From Gemmatimonadales bacterium (GTDB lineage Bacteria > Gemmatimonadota > Gemmatimonadetes > Gemmatimonadales > GWC2-71-9): 64,000 nucleotides of DNA. Both the position numbers and the translations under genes were made by a program. The stretch covers positions 1-64,000 of the forward strand of contig JBFGJG010000004.1 of assembly GCA_041577295.1 (NCBI GenBank). Reading direction: 5' to 3'. This document shows, piece by piece, positions 18,631-29,903 of this stretch (its first letter is position 1; every line of letters begins with the position of its first letter). Under the pieces are notes generated by a model that did not search any database, was not told where the DNA came from, and was given only the letters and a program-made list of their open reading frames with translations.

Positions 18631-19974
18631 ATGGACGCCGTGGATCCGAGCCTTGCGCTGTTCACGGACCTGTACGAGCTGACGATGCTCCAGGCCTACT
18701 GGCAGCAGGAGATGCTCGAGCCTGCGGTGTTCACGCTTCACGTGCGGCGTCTCCCGTCGGAACGCAATTACCTGCTCGCTTGCGGCCTCGATGACGCCCT
18801 TCGTTATCTGGAGCGCTTGACGTTCGACGACGAAGCGCTCGAGTACCTGTCGTCGCTCGATTACTTCCGTCCTGGCTTTCTCAACTGGCTGGCCGACTTT
18901 TGCTTCACCGGAGACGTCTATGCGGTTCCGGAGGGCACACCGGTGTTTGCGGACGAGCCGTTGCTCGAGGTCGTGGCCCCGTTGCCGGAGGCGCAACTCG
19001 CCGAGACGTTCGTTATGAATCAGGTACACTTCCAAACGGTGATCGCTTCCAAAGCGGCACGGGTGGTCCGCGCCGCGCGGGGCCGGGCGGTGGTGGATTT
19101 TGGGCTGCGGCGCATGCACGGAGTCGACGCTGGGATCAAATCGGCCCGGGCATTTCATATTGCCGGCTTGACGGCGACGAGCAACGTGCTGGCCGGACAT
19201 CTCTACGGTGTTCCCGTGGCTGGGACGATGGCGCATAGCTACATCCAGGCGCACGACCGCGAGCTCGACGCCTTTCGAGCGTTCGCCTCTCTCTACCCCA
19301 CCACAATACTTCTCGTGGATACATACGACACGTTGGAAGGTGTACGACGAGTCGTGACGCTGGCGCGCGAGCTTGGCACTCGGTTCGCAGTACGAGGTGT
19401 CCGGCTCGACTCGGGAGACCTGTGTGAGCTGGCTTTCGGTGCGAGAAAGATCCTCGATGACGCTGGACTCGAGCGGGTTGAGGTCTTTGCCAGCGGAGGG
19501 CTGGATGAGCACGAGATAGCGGCGCTGCTCGATCGAGGTGCACCCATCACCGGCTTCGGCGTGGGCACACGGATGGGGGTTTCCCGTGACGCACCGGCTT
19601 TGGATATGGCCTACAAGCTCGCCGCGTACGGAGGGAAGGGACGGCTGAAGCTCTCTCCAGGTAAGGGGATCTTACCGGGCCAGAAGCAGGTGTTCCGCAC
19701 CATGGAAAACGGCGTGGCGGTGCAAGACGTCATCGGCCGATTCAGCGAATCGTTGCCCGGGCAGCCGCTGCTCGAGCACGTAATGCACCGAGGACGTCGC
19801 ACGGCACACGGTCGTCGCTCCCTCGATGAGGCGCGAGCTCACGCACAGACGGCGCTCTCGGCTTTGCCCTCGCACATCCAGGACATCGCGAAGGCCGATC
19901 CACCCTACCGCGTCACCCTCAGCCCCGCGCTCGAGACGTTTCGCGAGGAGATTGTGCAGGCGTCGGGACAGTAG
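18631..19974 (+). CDS. pncB: Nicotinate phosphoribosyltransferase
   Basis: LFTDLYELTM, DFGLRR, GTMAHS, LVDTYD, VRLDSGD, ASGGLDE, FGVGT, AYKL; start corrected to 18631. Confidence 0.95.
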   Translation: MDAVDPSLALFTDLYELTMLQAYWQQEMLEPAVFTLHVRRLPSERNYLLACGLDDALRYLERLTFDDEALEYLSSLDYFRPGFLNWLADFCFTGDVYAVPEGTPVFADEPLLEVVAPLPEAQLAETFVMNQVHFQTVIASKAARVVRAARGRAVVDFGLRRMHGVDAGIKSARAFHIAGLTATSNVLAGHLYGVPVAGTMAHSYIQAHDRELDAFRAFASLYPTTILLVDTYDTLEGVRRVVTLARELGTRFAVRGVRLDSGDLCELAFGARKILDDAGLERVEVFASGGLDEHEIAALLDRGAPITGFGVGTRMGVSRDAPALDMAYKLAAYGGKGRLKLSPGKGILPGQKQVFRTMENGVAVQDVIGRFSESLPGQPLLEHVMHRGRRTAHGRRSLDEARAHAQTALSALPSHIQDIAKADPPYRVTLSPALETFREEIVQASGQ

Positions 19975-20035
19975 CCGTTCATCCATTCACCCGACGTTCA
20001 TCAGCCCTTCAGAAAACTTCAGAGACCTTGTGTAC

Positions 20036-21955
20036 ATGATCGAACGTCCGCCTCCCACTAGCGAGCGCAAGCTCAGCGTGCGGCCCCGAGGAGCCATTTT
20101 GTGGATTGCCATCCTCGCGGCGTTCCTGCTCGTGCTCCAGCTGACGCGCCGAGATGCAGGTGTTGCCGACATCTCGTATTCGGAGCTTCAGATCCAACTG
20201 CAAGCGGACAACCTGCGCGCGGTGCAAATCACTCCCGATGAGAACGAGATGCGCGGGGAGTTCCGCGATTCCGTGACCATCGAGGGTGAGACATACACTC
20301 GCTTCAAGACGATACTGCCGTTTGACGACCCGGCACCGCTGGTGGCCCAGCTCGAAGAGCGGAACGTATCCGTGGAGGGTAAGAAAAGCGGATCCGCGTG
20401 GACCACGGCGTTGTACTGGCTCCTGCCCTGGGCTCTCATCATTGGCTTCTGGCTTCTACTCAGCCGTCAGATGCGGCTCGGCGGCGATCGCGCGCTTTCG
20501 TTCGGCAAGCTGACGCCCCGTCAGGTATCCGGTGAGCGACCCCTGGTGACCTTCGCCGACGTGGCCGGCGCCGATGAGGCGAAAACCGAGCTCCAGGAAA
20601 TCGTCGCTTTCCTCAAAGATCCCACACGATTCCAGCGTTTGGGTGGCCGGCTTCCCAAGGGCGTGTTGCTGGTGGGTCCGCCGGGAACCGGCAAGACACT
20701 GCTAGCCCGGGCCGTGGCGGGAGAGGCTGGCGTGCCTTTCTTCTCCATCTCGGGATCCGACTTTGTGGAGATGTTTGTCGGTGTCGGGGCAGCGCGGGTG
20801 CGTAACCTGTTTGCACAGGGAAAAGCCAATGCCCCGTGCATCATCTTCATCGACGAGCTCGATGCCGTTGGGCGCCTTCGCGGGGCGGGTTTGGGTGGTG
20901 GGCATGACGAACGGGAGCAAACCCTCAACCAGCTGTTGGTCGAGCTGGACGGCTTCGAACCCAACGAAGGCGTGATTCTGCTATCGGCGACCAATCGACC
21001 AGACGTCTTGGATCCTGCACTGCTGCGTCCCGGTCGATTCGACCGGCAGGTGGTGGTGGACATGCCGGATGTGCGGGGGCGGGAGATGATCCTCCGCGTT
21101 CACGCAAAGAGGATCCGGTTGGCCGGCGACGTGGATCTCGCAGCCGTCGCCCGCGGCACCCCCGGGCTGGCCGGCGCCGACCTGGCGAACATCGTCAACG
21201 AGGCTGCGTTGCTCGGAGCACGGCGCAACAAAGAGCAGGTAGACCGAAAAGACTTTGACGACGCCAAGGACAAGGTGATGCTGGGTGTGGAGCGGCGAAG
21301 CTTGGTGCTCACCGCGGAGGAGCGACGCCTGACCGCTTTTCATGAGGCGGGACACGCGCTCCTCAACCTGCTAATGCCCGGGTTGGATCCCGTGCAGAAG
21401 GTCACCATCGTGCCGCGCGGGAGAGCCCTGGGTCTCACGGCCTCGCTACCGGAAGAAGACCGGCACAATTACACGAAGGAATACATCCTCGGCCGACTGG
21501 TCGTGGCGTATGGTGGCCGAGTGGCGGAGGAGCTCGAGTTTGGTCCCGACAAAGTCACCACCGGGGCCGCGCAAGATTTCCAGCACGCCACTGAGCTAGC
21601 GCGCCGCATGGTCACCCAGTTTGGCATGAGCGAGGCGGTCGGTCCCATGACGGTGGGCGGGCGCGATGATGTGGTCTTCTTGGGGCGCGAGGTTGCACAG
21701 CGGCACGAGGTCTCCGAACGGATGGCGGACCTCGTGGACCGCGAGATTGGACGGGTAATCGGGGAGTCATACGAGATGGCGCGACGGCTGTTGACCGAGA
21801 ATCGAAGCAAGCTCGACGCGATCGCCGCCGCTTTGTTGGAGCGCGAGACGCTAGGACGCGACGAGCTGGAGGCACTGATGCGTGGGGATGCCCTGCCGGG
21901 GCCTCCCCTGACAGAGCCCACCCCCCCCGTGCCGGAAGAGATCGCCGTCGGCTAA
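20036..21955 (+). CDS. ftsH: ATP-dependent zinc metalloprotease FtsH
   Basis: Two TM helices, [40 protein letters not shown]; start ATG 20036. Confidence 0.96.
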   Translation: MIERPPPTSERKLSVRPRGAILWIAILAAFLLVLQLTRRDAGVADISYSELQIQLQADNLRAVQITPDENEMRGEFRDSVTIEGETYTRFKTILPFDDPAPLVAQLEERNVSVEGKKSGSAWTTALYWLLPWALIIGFWLLLSRQMRLGGDRALSFGKLTPRQVSGERPLVTFADVAGADEAKTELQEIVAFLKDPTRFQRLGGRLPKGVLLVGPPGTGKTLLARAVAGEAGVPFFSISGSDFVEMFVGVGAARVRNLFAQGKANAPCIIFIDELDAVGRLRGAGLGGGHDEREQTLNQLLVELDGFEPNEGVILLSATNRPDVLDPALLRPGRFDRQVVVDMPDVRGREMILRVHAKRIRLAGDVDLAAVARGTPGLAGADLANIVNEAALLGARRNKEQVDRKDFDDAKDKVMLGVERRSLVLTAEERRLTAFHEAGHALLNLLMPGLDPVQKVTIVPRGRALGLTASLPEEDRHNYTKEYILGRLVVAYGGRVAEELEFGPDKVTTGAAQDFQHATELARRMVTQFGMSEAVGPMTVGGRDDVVFLGREVAQRHEVSERMADLVDREIGRVIGESYEMARRLLTENRSKLDAIAAALLERETLGRDELEALMRGDALPGPPLTEPTPPVPEEIAVG

Positions 21956-22121
21956 ACGCAGCCCCGGCCGCGGCATTTCTGGAAAACCCACCTAAACCAT
22001 CGTTTGCAGACGGTTCACCGCTCCTTCACGAACAAATCACGATCATCGACATTGCCAACCCGCTAGCGACGGCGGCGCGTACCGAGGGGGAGCGGCCGAG
22101 TCGAGAAAGATCGAGGATACG

Positions 22122-24650
22122 ATGGCACAGGAGCTCGTAACAAGGGCTGGGGCGATCGCATTGCCGCCTCAAACTCTGCGGCGACGCTATGACCCGAGCA
22201 TCGTGCCATTCGACACGACCGATCAGGTCCCGGAGTTTGCGGAGATCGTAGGGCAGGAGCGTGCCGAAACGTCGGTTGAATTTGGTGTCAAGATGGCGCG
22301 GGATGGGTACAATATTTTTGCACTTGGTCCGCGCGGCACAGGCAAGCGCTGGCTGGTGTGGCAGCATCTCACCCGCCACGCTCGTTCCCTCCCGGTACCG
22401 CCAGATCTCTGTTATGTCCACAACTTCGATGATCCTCAAAAACCGCGGTTGCTCGCTATCCCGGCGGGGACAGGCGCGACGCTGCGGGAGGAGATGGCAC
22501 GTCTCGTCGATGAGTTGCGCACGGTTCTGGGGGGCGCCTTCGAGAGCGACGAGTACCAGACCCGGCGAAAGGTCATCGAGGACGAGTTCAAGGAACGTCC
22601 ACAGCATGCCCTGCAGGATATCGAGCGGCGAGCGACGGAGGCGGGCCTCACCCTGATACGGACGCCCGTGGGAATGGCGTTTGCCCCAGTACGCGCCGGA
22701 GAAGTGATATCCGGTGAGGAGTTTGCCCAACTCCCAGACGAGGAGAGGAAACGTATCGAGTCGATGGTTGAGTCGTTCGAAGAGGAAGTGCACAGGACGC
22801 TGCGACAGCTCCCGCGGTGGGACCGCGAGCGGCGTGAGCGTGTGCGTGAGCTGGACGAGGAGATTACTAAGCTGGCCGTTGGCCATCTCTTCGAGGAGCT
22901 GCGTGGGAAGTTTGCCAGGCTCGAAGCCGTGCTGGCCTACATCGCAACCGTGGAAGACGATATCGTCCGAACCGCGCGGAGCCTCGTCAGCCCGGAACAA
23001 CCGTTTCCGGCTGCGCTTTTGGAAGGAAGCGGGTTGGAACGCAGCCAGTCGCAGCGTCTCACGCGCTATGAGGTGAACCTGTTGGTGGACAACGCCGACA
23101 CCAAAGGCGCCCCCGTCATCACCGAGGACCATCCCACCTACGACCATCTCGTGGGTCGGATCGAGCACATGTCGCGCTTTGGCGCGCTGTCGACCGACTT
23201 CACGCTCATCAGAGCGGGAGCCCTACACCGGGCGAACGGCGGATTCCTCGTATTGGAAGTCAGCAAACTCCTTCGCAACCCGTACGCTTGGGATGCGCTG
23301 AAGCGGGTCCTGCAAACCAAGAAGCTCCGTCTCGAGTCGCTGGGTCAAGCGTTGAGCTTGGTGAGTCACGTGACGCTCGAACCGGAAGCAGTGGACCTCG
23401 ACGTGACGGTCGTGTTGGCGGGTGAGCGGATTCTCTACTATCTGCTGTGTCATTACGACCCAGAGTTCGAGGAGCTCTTCAAGGTTGCGGCCGACTTCAA
23501 CGACGAGATGGAGGCATCGGACGATGGTGTGCGGCAGTATGCGCAGCTCATTGCGTCGATCGTCCAGGGGGAGCACCTCCGGACGTTTGACCGTAGCGCC
23601 ATCGCGCGGGTACTCGAGCGCAGTGCGAGACTCGCATCGGATCAGCGGAAACTCACCACCCACATGCGCTCACTCACGGATCTCCTGCGCGAAGCCGATT
23701 TCTACGCCCGGACCGGTGGGGACTCCGTCGTCACGACGGCACACGTCCAGCAGGCTATCGACGCCCAGATCGAGCGGGCGAGCCGTATCCGGGAGCGGGT
23801 CTTCGAGGAGATCACGCGCGGCACCATCAAGATCGATACCGACGGTGCCACGGTTGGTCAGGTCAACGGCCTTTCGGCACTCGCGCTTGGCAATTTCATG
23901 TTCGGGCGGCCGAGTCGGATCACGGCGCGTGTCCGGTTGGGTCAGGGGGAGCTGGTCGACATCGAGCGCGAGGTGAAGCTTGGAGGGCCCGTCCATTCCA
24001 AGGGCGTGTTGATTCTCTCGGGATACCTCGCCGCGCAGTACGTTCCCGATCATCCCCTCTCGCTGTCCGCCAGCCTCGTCTTCGAGCAGTCGTATTCGGG
24101 TGTCGAGGGCGATAGCGCATCGTGCGCCGAGTTGTTTGCGCTGCTCTCGGCGATCGCTGGTGTTCCGTTGAAGCAATCCCTTGGCGTCACGGGCTCGGTC
24201 AACCAGCACGGTGAGGTGCAACCGGTAGGCGCCATCAACGAGAAGATCGAAGGATTTTTCGACATCTGTGTTGCGAGGGGGCTCACGGGCACCCAGGGCG
24301 TCATCATTCCCCGGAGCAACAGTGAACACTTGATGCTGCGACAGGACGTTATCGACGCCGTGGCCCAGGGTCGGTTCCAAATCCTTGCCATCGGCAACGT
24401 CGACGAAGGAATAGAGATGCTGACGGGTTTGCCAGCAGGGGAGCGAGGTGAAGATGGGGAGTACCCCGATGGAACATTCAACCACCTCGTTGAAGCTCGG
24501 CTTCGACAGCTGGCGAAGCAGCGGCGGGATTTTAGTGTCTCTGCAGAGGAGGTGAGGCCAAGACGCTTGGAAAGCCAGGGTCGTGAGTTGGAGGGTGGGG
24601 GAGGGGGCGACGGCGGTCCCCCGCGGACGATCGAGGAGCCTAATCGATGA
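22122..24650 (+). CDS. Lon-like (LonB/LonC/YcbZ-type) ATP-binding protease
   Basis: VGQERA, GPRGTGK, GALHRANGGFL; Lon catalytic dyad EGDSAS (Ser) and INEKIEGF (Lys). Confidence 0.92.
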   Translation: MAQELVTRAGAIALPPQTLRRRYDPSIVPFDTTDQVPEFAEIVGQERAETSVEFGVKMARDGYNIFALGPRGTGKRWLVWQHLTRHARSLPVPPDLCYVHNFDDPQKPRLLAIPAGTGATLREEMARLVDELRTVLGGAFESDEYQTRRKVIEDEFKERPQHALQDIERRATEAGLTLIRTPVGMAFAPVRAGEVISGEEFAQLPDEERKRIESMVESFEEEVHRTLRQLPRWDRERRERVRELDEEITKLAVGHLFEELRGKFARLEAVLAYIATVEDDIVRTARSLVSPEQPFPAALLEGSGLERSQSQRLTRYEVNLLVDNADTKGAPVITEDHPTYDHLVGRIEHMSRFGALSTDFTLIRAGALHRANGGFLVLEVSKLLRNPYAWDALKRVLQTKKLRLESLGQALSLVSHVTLEPEAVDLDVTVVLAGERILYYLLCHYDPEFEELFKVAADFNDEMEASDDGVRQYAQLIASIVQGEHLRTFDRSAIARVLERSARLASDQRKLTTHMRSLTDLLREADFYARTGGDSVVTTAHVQQAIDAQIERASRIRERVFEEITRGTIKIDTDGATVGQVNGLSALALGNFMFGRPSRITARVRLGQGELVDIEREVKLGGPVHSKGVLILSGYLAAQYVPDHPLSLSASLVFEQSYSGVEGDSASCAELFALLSAIAGVPLKQSLGVTGSVNQHGEVQPVGAINEKIEGFFDICVARGLTGTQGVIIPRSNSEHLMLRQDVIDAVAQGRFQILAIGNVDEGIEMLTGLPAGERGEDGEYPDGTFNHLVEARLRQLAKQRRDFSVSAEEVRPRRLESQGRELEGGGGGDGGPPRTIEEPNR

Positions 24651-25471
24651 GGATTCGCCGAATCGTCTTCGCGATCGATGCGTCTCCTGGAAGCGTGGCC
24701 GCACTGGGAGCGGCCGCCGAGCTCGCCGCGGCGCTCGAAGCCGAGTTGCTGGGACTGTTCGTGGAGGACATCAACCTGATCCGATGGAGCTCACTCCCCT
24801 TCGCGCGACAGTTTGGTACGCTGTCTCCAGTGTCGCGCCCGCTGGCAAGTGGCGAGATCGAGCGTCAGCTCCGACTCCAGGCGACGGAAGCGCGCAAGGT
24901 GCTCGATGCCATGGCGCAGCGTCTTGGTGTTCGCACGTCGTTTCGCGTTGCGCGCGGTAGCGTCGTCGACCAGCTGATCGGCGATCTCGCGGCCGGCGAC
25001 CTGCTGAGCCTCGGGGTGCGGGGCTACCTCGCGGGGCAGCGACGTGGTCTCGGGTCTACCGCGCGTCGGGTCGCCGTGAGCGCTCGGGGGCGGATCCTGC
25101 TCCTTCCCCCCGATGCCCGACCGACCGGTCCTGCGGCCGTCGTTTTCACTGGCACACCTGCCTCATTCGATGCGCTCGAGATCGCACTGGCGATCGTGCG
25201 TGGGCGGGCAGCGGACGTGCACGTGATTTGCGTCGCGCCATCAGGGCATGAGACGGCGAATTTAGCTCGCGATGCCGCGCAACGTTTAGGCCCCGCAGCA
25301 GACGGGGTGCACTTTCGCGATCTCGCGGCTGAGAGCATACCAGGCGTAGGAGCGGTCGCTCGCTCACTGGCAGCAAGCACACTCATCCTACCGAGGGAAG
25401 GTGCGCTGGTCTCCGAGGAAGCACTCGAGCGGATCGCCGGGGAATTCCCGGGATGCGTCTTAATCGTGTGA
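24647..25471 (+). CDS. Universal stress protein (tandem USP-like)
   Basis: RRIVFAIDAS, LFVED, GLGSTARRV; ATGA overlap with the protease gene. Confidence 0.85.
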   Translation: MRIRRIVFAIDASPGSVAALGAAAELAAALEAELLGLFVEDINLIRWSSLPFARQFGTLSPVSRPLASGEIERQLRLQATEARKVLDAMAQRLGVRTSFRVARGSVVDQLIGDLAAGDLLSLGVRGYLAGQRRGLGSTARRVAVSARGRILLLPPDARPTGPAAVVFTGTPASFDALEIALAIVRGRAADVHVICVAPSGHETANLARDAAQRLGPAADGVHFRDLAAESIPGVGAVARSLAASTLILPREGALVSEEALERIAGEFPGCVLIV

Positions 25472-25491
25472 GAGAAGCTCTTACGGTGCGG

Positions 25492-27294
25492 TCACTCAGT
25501 CGCTCGGGCGCTGCTCTGACGTCTAAACCGCTTGGCGCGATGCCAGCGAGCTGAGCGCCTCCCATCTAATCGCTCTTCAGCCTCTACGAAGGCAACGTAC
25601 CGGTCACACGTGTTCAGCAATTCCTCGTGTGTACCTGTTGCGATCAGCCGTCCGCGTTCGAGAAATCCGATTCGGTCGGCGCGGCGCGCGATCGACAATC
25701 GGTGCGTGACGAGGAGCGTCGTCCGGCCGCCCGTGAGGCGCTCGAAGGTGCGCACCACATGGTTCACGCCGTCGACGTCCATGGCTGATGTCGGCTCATC
25801 GAGGAACAAGATCGGTGCCCCCTTGAGGATGGCCCGAGCAACAGCGATGCGCTGCCGCTGTCCGTGCGAAAGGCGGTTGCCAATCTCCCCGACCACCGTT
25901 TCATAGCCTTGCGGGAGCCGCTCGATGAAAGGGTGTGCTCCCGCAGCGCGGGCTGCGGCTTCGATCTCGTGGTGGTCGGCTGACGGCCGACCGAATGCAA
26001 TGTTCGCGGCGAGCGTGTCATCGAACAGGTGCACGTTCTGAAAAACTGCGCCGGTCTTCCCACGAAGGGACGCAGCCGTACAGGTCCGGATATCGATACC
26101 GTCCACGCTGATCTGGCCGCGGTCCGGAGCAACAAGCCGCAACAGCAAGAGACCGAGTGTGGTCTTGCCACTCCCGTTCGGTCCGACCATCGCGAACGTT
26201 TCGCCGGGCTGAATTGTGAACGAAATGCCGTCTACCGCGAGTCGGTCAGGTGCGTAGCCAAAGGACACCTGCTCAAAGGAAACAAGTCCAGGCCCGCCAT
26301 CGAGAGGTACCGCACTCGGATAATCCGCTACCGGATCTTCAGCATCGATGACCTCCGAAAGGGCCTCGAGCGACACGCTGGCGCGACGCAAGGTCTGGTA
26401 CACCTCTGCGAGGCCCTGGACGGGACCGAACAAGCCTTCGATGTACGCGAGAAACCCGACGATCACACCGATGGTGATCTCACCACGAATCACCAGGTAC
26501 GCGCCAACTCCGATGGTTGCAAGCCGGGCGAAGGTGTATGGAAGGTCGCCCAGGCCCTCGGTAACAGCGTCCCGGCGGCTGCCACGGCGGCGGATTGCGT
26601 GGACGATGCTGACGCCTTTCAAAATGGTACGGCGCTCGGTTGACTCCCGCGCGAATGCCTTTACGGTCAACAGCCCGTGCAGCGTTTCGTACAGGCGTCC
26701 CGCAATCGAGGCTTCTTCGTCCAGGAGCCGACGCTCGCGCCTCGTCTGCTCGCGCGCCGCCCACGCACCGATCAATGGCGGAAGAGGTGTGAACGCAATC
26801 ACCAATGCCGCCAGTCGCCAGTCGAGCTTCACCATGGCCACGAGTGCGACGCCGAAATACAGCAACGTCGGTAGCTGCTCGAACACGATCTCCGCGAACG
26901 CTTCGAGAAAGTTCTCCAGCGATTGGGAAGTTCGTGCGATGACGTCTCCGACTTTGTGCTGCCGGTAGTACCCGAGCGACTGCTCGTAGAGCTGGGTATA
27001 GAGGCGTTCCCGGATCGAGCCGTCGAGCCGTAACGTCAAGTCTTGTGACGCGACACCGAGCCAACCCCAGACTCCGGCATAGGTGAGTTCGAGGATCACA
27101 AGTGCCCCTACCGCGACCACGAGCGGTCGAATGGCGTCGGGAAGCCCGAGCTGGTCGATAATGACCATGAGCAACAACGGCTCGAGCGCCTCCAACGCCG
27201 CCGCGAGGAGGGCGAGGGCGAGCACCCCAGCTGTGGCCAGCTTGTACGGCCACAGCAGCCGGAGGATCGTGCGAAGAACTGCCTTCGAAGACAT
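25492..27294 (-). CDS. ABC exporter, fused TMD-NBD (MsbA-like)
   Basis: Six-TM domain, GPNGSGKTT, variant signature LSHGQRQR, ILFLDEPTS, H-loop VTHRL. Confidence 0.92.
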   Translation of the reverse strand: MSSKAVLRTILRLLWPYKLATAGVLALALLAAALEALEPLLLMVIIDQLGLPDAIRPLVVAVGALVILELTYAGVWGWLGVASQDLTLRLDGSIRERLYTQLYEQSLGYYRQHKVGDVIARTSQSLENFLEAFAEIVFEQLPTLLYFGVALVAMVKLDWRLAALVIAFTPLPPLIGAWAAREQTRRERRLLDEEASIAGRLYETLHGLLTVKAFARESTERRTILKGVSIVHAIRRRGSRRDAVTEGLGDLPYTFARLATIGVGAYLVIRGEITIGVIVGFLAYIEGLFGPVQGLAEVYQTLRRASVSLEALSEVIDAEDPVADYPSAVPLDGGPGLVSFEQVSFGYAPDRLAVDGISFTIQPGETFAMVGPNGSGKTTLGLLLLRLVAPDRGQISVDGIDIRTCTAASLRGKTGAVFQNVHLFDDTLAANIAFGRPSADHHEIEAAARAAGAHPFIERLPQGYETVVGEIGNRLSHGQRQRIAVARAILKGAPILFLDEPTSAMDVDGVNHVVRTFERLTGGRTTLLVTHRLSIARRADRIGFLERGRLIATGTHEELLNTCDRYVAFVEAEERLDGRRSARWHRAKRFRRQSSARATE

Positions 27295-27546
27295 GTGTGC
27301 TTGACTCGGGGATCAGCGTCTGTCGGCCTGGCGGTATCGAGGGCTAGCGCTGATGCGCCATAATACGCTCGGCGCGCCAACCTTGCCAATGAACGCGGTG
27401 TAGCGCCCGTGCCACGGTAGCGCACAACTCGTTTGTGCTCAGTGACATCACCAGCTTAGCGTGGCTTCCTCTCAACTCCGCTACCTCTTTGAGAGGCTCA
27501 CGCATCGTATCTTCACAGAAGAACGGTTCTGGGTGTTGACACCTTC

Positions 27547-29853
27547 ATGAGCGTAATCCAGTCGCTGGGCGAACGGCGGCGCGCTGCACTCGGTTCTCTC
27601 CTCTGGGCAACGCTCGCAGCCGGCGCGGTGGTGTCCACCGCCAATAGTCAACAGCGGGACGGGACGACACGCACCCCCCGCACGGCACAGGAGCGACCTG
27701 CTCTGACGGTCACTCGTGCGCCTGGAGCCATCGTGATCGATGGGACCATTGATGACGTCGGGTGGGATGGTGCCGCGAGGGCCGTTACGTTCACTGAATT
27801 CTTCCCGAAGGAGGGGGAAACCCCGACGGTGGAAAGCGAAGTATGGGTCACGTATGACGATCAAAACCTCTATCTCGCGTTCCTCGCCTTCGACGATCCG
27901 AGCACGGTGCGCGCGTCGCGCAGCAACCGCGACGAAATCTGGTCGGACGACTACTTCGGCATTGTCCTCGACACATTCGGCGACGGAGCGTGGGCCTATT
28001 ATCTCTTTGCCAATCCTTTGGGCGTGCAAGGGGACTCGCGATTCACGGCCACGGGAGATGAGGATCTGGCGTTCGACGTGGTCTACCACACGGAGGGTCG
28101 CGTCACGCAGCACGGCTATCACATTGAGATGGCCGTCCCATTTGCCAGTCTGCGCTTCCCCGGCCGGACGCTACATGAGTGGAGGGCCACGTTTTGGCGG
28201 GTGCGGCCGCGCAGCAGCTACGAGGAGTATTCGTGGGCAGCGATCGATCGCGACGAGCCGTGTTTCCTCTGTCAACTGGGCACGCTTGCCGGAATTCACG
28301 GTGTTCGACCGGGTGGCGTGCTCGAATTGTTGCCAACTGCGATGGCGTCACAGTCCGGTGTGCTAGAGGACGACGACGACCCGGCATCTCGTTTTCACAA
28401 TGCCGGGATTCGAGGCGACGTCTCGCTGGGGGTGCGCTATGCGCTCCCCACCGGCCTGACGCTCGAGGGAACGTTCAACCCCGACTTCAGTCAGGTCGAA
28501 TCGGATATTGCACAGATCGACGTCAACACGACGTTTGCCCTGTTTTTCCCGGAGCGGCGCCCCTTCTTTCAGGAAGGGAGTGATCTCTTTGTCATGCCGT
28601 TTGACGTGCTGTACACACGGCGGATCAACAACCCACAGTTCGCGACGAAGGTGGTGGGGCGGTGGGGTCGGTCGAGTGTCATGTATCTCGCTGCCCGCGA
28701 TGAAGACACTCCATTGCTGTTGCCTTTTGAGGAAAGCAGCTTCGTCGGCACGGCGGGTGGCAGTGTTTCCAACATCGCCAGGTTCCGGCAGACGTTCTTG
28801 CAGGATTCGTATCTAGGACTGGTTCTAAGTGACCGAAGACTCGTGAGTGGTGGGTCCGGCAGTGTTGGCGGTGTCGATGGTCAGATCCGCTTGTTGAAAA
28901 ACTACTCGCTCGCCTTTCAATTCCTGTTCAGCCATACTCGCGAACCAAGTGATTCCGCTCTCACGGCGGGAATCAGCGACCTCACGTTTGCGGATGGAAG
29001 GCACACCGGCATGTTCGACGGAGAATCCTATGCGGGACTTGGTCAATATGTGAGCGTCGAGCGAAGCGCACGACTCTGGAGTTTCCAACTCGATTACCGG
29101 TCGTCCAGTCCCACGTTTCGGACGGATAACGGATTCGAGTTCCGCAACGATTTTCGTCAGGTCTCAATGTGGCAAGGGCTCACGTTCTACCCCAAGACAA
29201 CCGCGGTAACTCGGGTGGCGCCGAGTGTCTACGTGGAGAGCAGCTGGAATCATGAGGGCGTGCGCAAGGTGCGCTTGATCCAACCAGGGATAACATTCGA
29301 GCTGGCTGGTCAGACGATCGTGGAATTCTGGTACAGCGCCGGGGCGGAGCGTTTCGGCGCCATCGAGTTTGACGGGGTTCAGCGATGGAACGTCAGCGCC
29401 CACACGAACGTCATCGAGGAGTTCGGCGTCGAGGTCGTGCTTTCTCGGGGCGAGACCGTGTTCCGCGATCCAACCGCTCCACTGCTTGGTGTAGGAACCG
29501 AGCTAGAAGCTTCGGCTACTATCAAACCGGCTGAGTGGCTGGTGTTCGAGCCGCACCTCGAATTTGCGCAGCTGCGAGTAGCGAACGATGGACCGCTGCT
29601 GTTCCGTGGATACATCGCCCGTGCGCGAACGAGCGTCCAGTTCACGCGTGGGCTTTTCTTGAGAATCGTGCTCCAGTACGACGATTTCTCACAGACCATC
29701 GACGTGGAGCCACTCCTCACGTATCGCGTGAATCCCTTTACCCACGTCTTCGTCGGCTCAACGCATTCCTACCGACAATTCGAACAGCTTACCCCGTTTA
29801 CCCAGACGTCCCGACAAGTCTTCGGCAAGCTGCAATACCTGTTCCGACGATAG
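27547..29853 (+). CDS. CBM9/DOMON-like plus DUF5916-type outer-membrane protein
   Basis: Signal peptide, IDGTIDD..W, YDDQNLY, NPLGVQGD, EMAVPF, NPDFSQVESD, FPERRPFFQEG, YTRRI, C-terminal KLQYLFR. Confidence 0.8.
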   Translation: MSVIQSLGERRRAALGSLLWATLAAGAVVSTANSQQRDGTTRTPRTAQERPALTVTRAPGAIVIDGTIDDVGWDGAARAVTFTEFFPKEGETPTVESEVWVTYDDQNLYLAFLAFDDPSTVRASRSNRDEIWSDDYFGIVLDTFGDGAWAYYLFANPLGVQGDSRFTATGDEDLAFDVVYHTEGRVTQHGYHIEMAVPFASLRFPGRTLHEWRATFWRVRPRSSYEEYSWAAIDRDEPCFLCQLGTLAGIHGVRPGGVLELLPTAMASQSGVLEDDDDPASRFHNAGIRGDVSLGVRYALPTGLTLEGTFNPDFSQVESDIAQIDVNTTFALFFPERRPFFQEGSDLFVMPFDVLYTRRINNPQFATKVVGRWGRSSVMYLAARDEDTPLLLPFEESSFVGTAGGSVSNIARFRQTFLQDSYLGLVLSDRRLVSGGSGSVGGVDGQIRLLKNYSLAFQFLFSHTREPSDSALTAGISDLTFADGRHTGMFDGESYAGLGQYVSVERSARLWSFQLDYRSSSPTFRTDNGFEFRNDFRQVSMWQGLTFYPKTTAVTRVAPSVYVESSWNHEGVRKVRLIQPGITFELAGQTIVEFWYSAGAERFGAIEFDGVQRWNVSAHTNVIEEFGVEVVLSRGETVFRDPTAPLLGVGTELEASATIKPAEWLVFEPHLEFAQLRVANDGPLLFRGYIARARTSVQFTRGLFLRIVLQYDDFSQTIDVEPLLTYRVNPFTHVFVGSTHSYRQFEQLTPFTQTSRQVFGKLQYLFRR

Positions 29854-29903
29854 CGTGAGCTCACCGCGCCCGCTGACAAAAGACCTTTCACCGCTCCGCC
29901 GCC

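Noticed and set aside
22026..24704. Long minus-strand ORFs (380 aa and 344 aa)
   Set aside because: Antisense to the Lon-like protease; no motifs or RBS.
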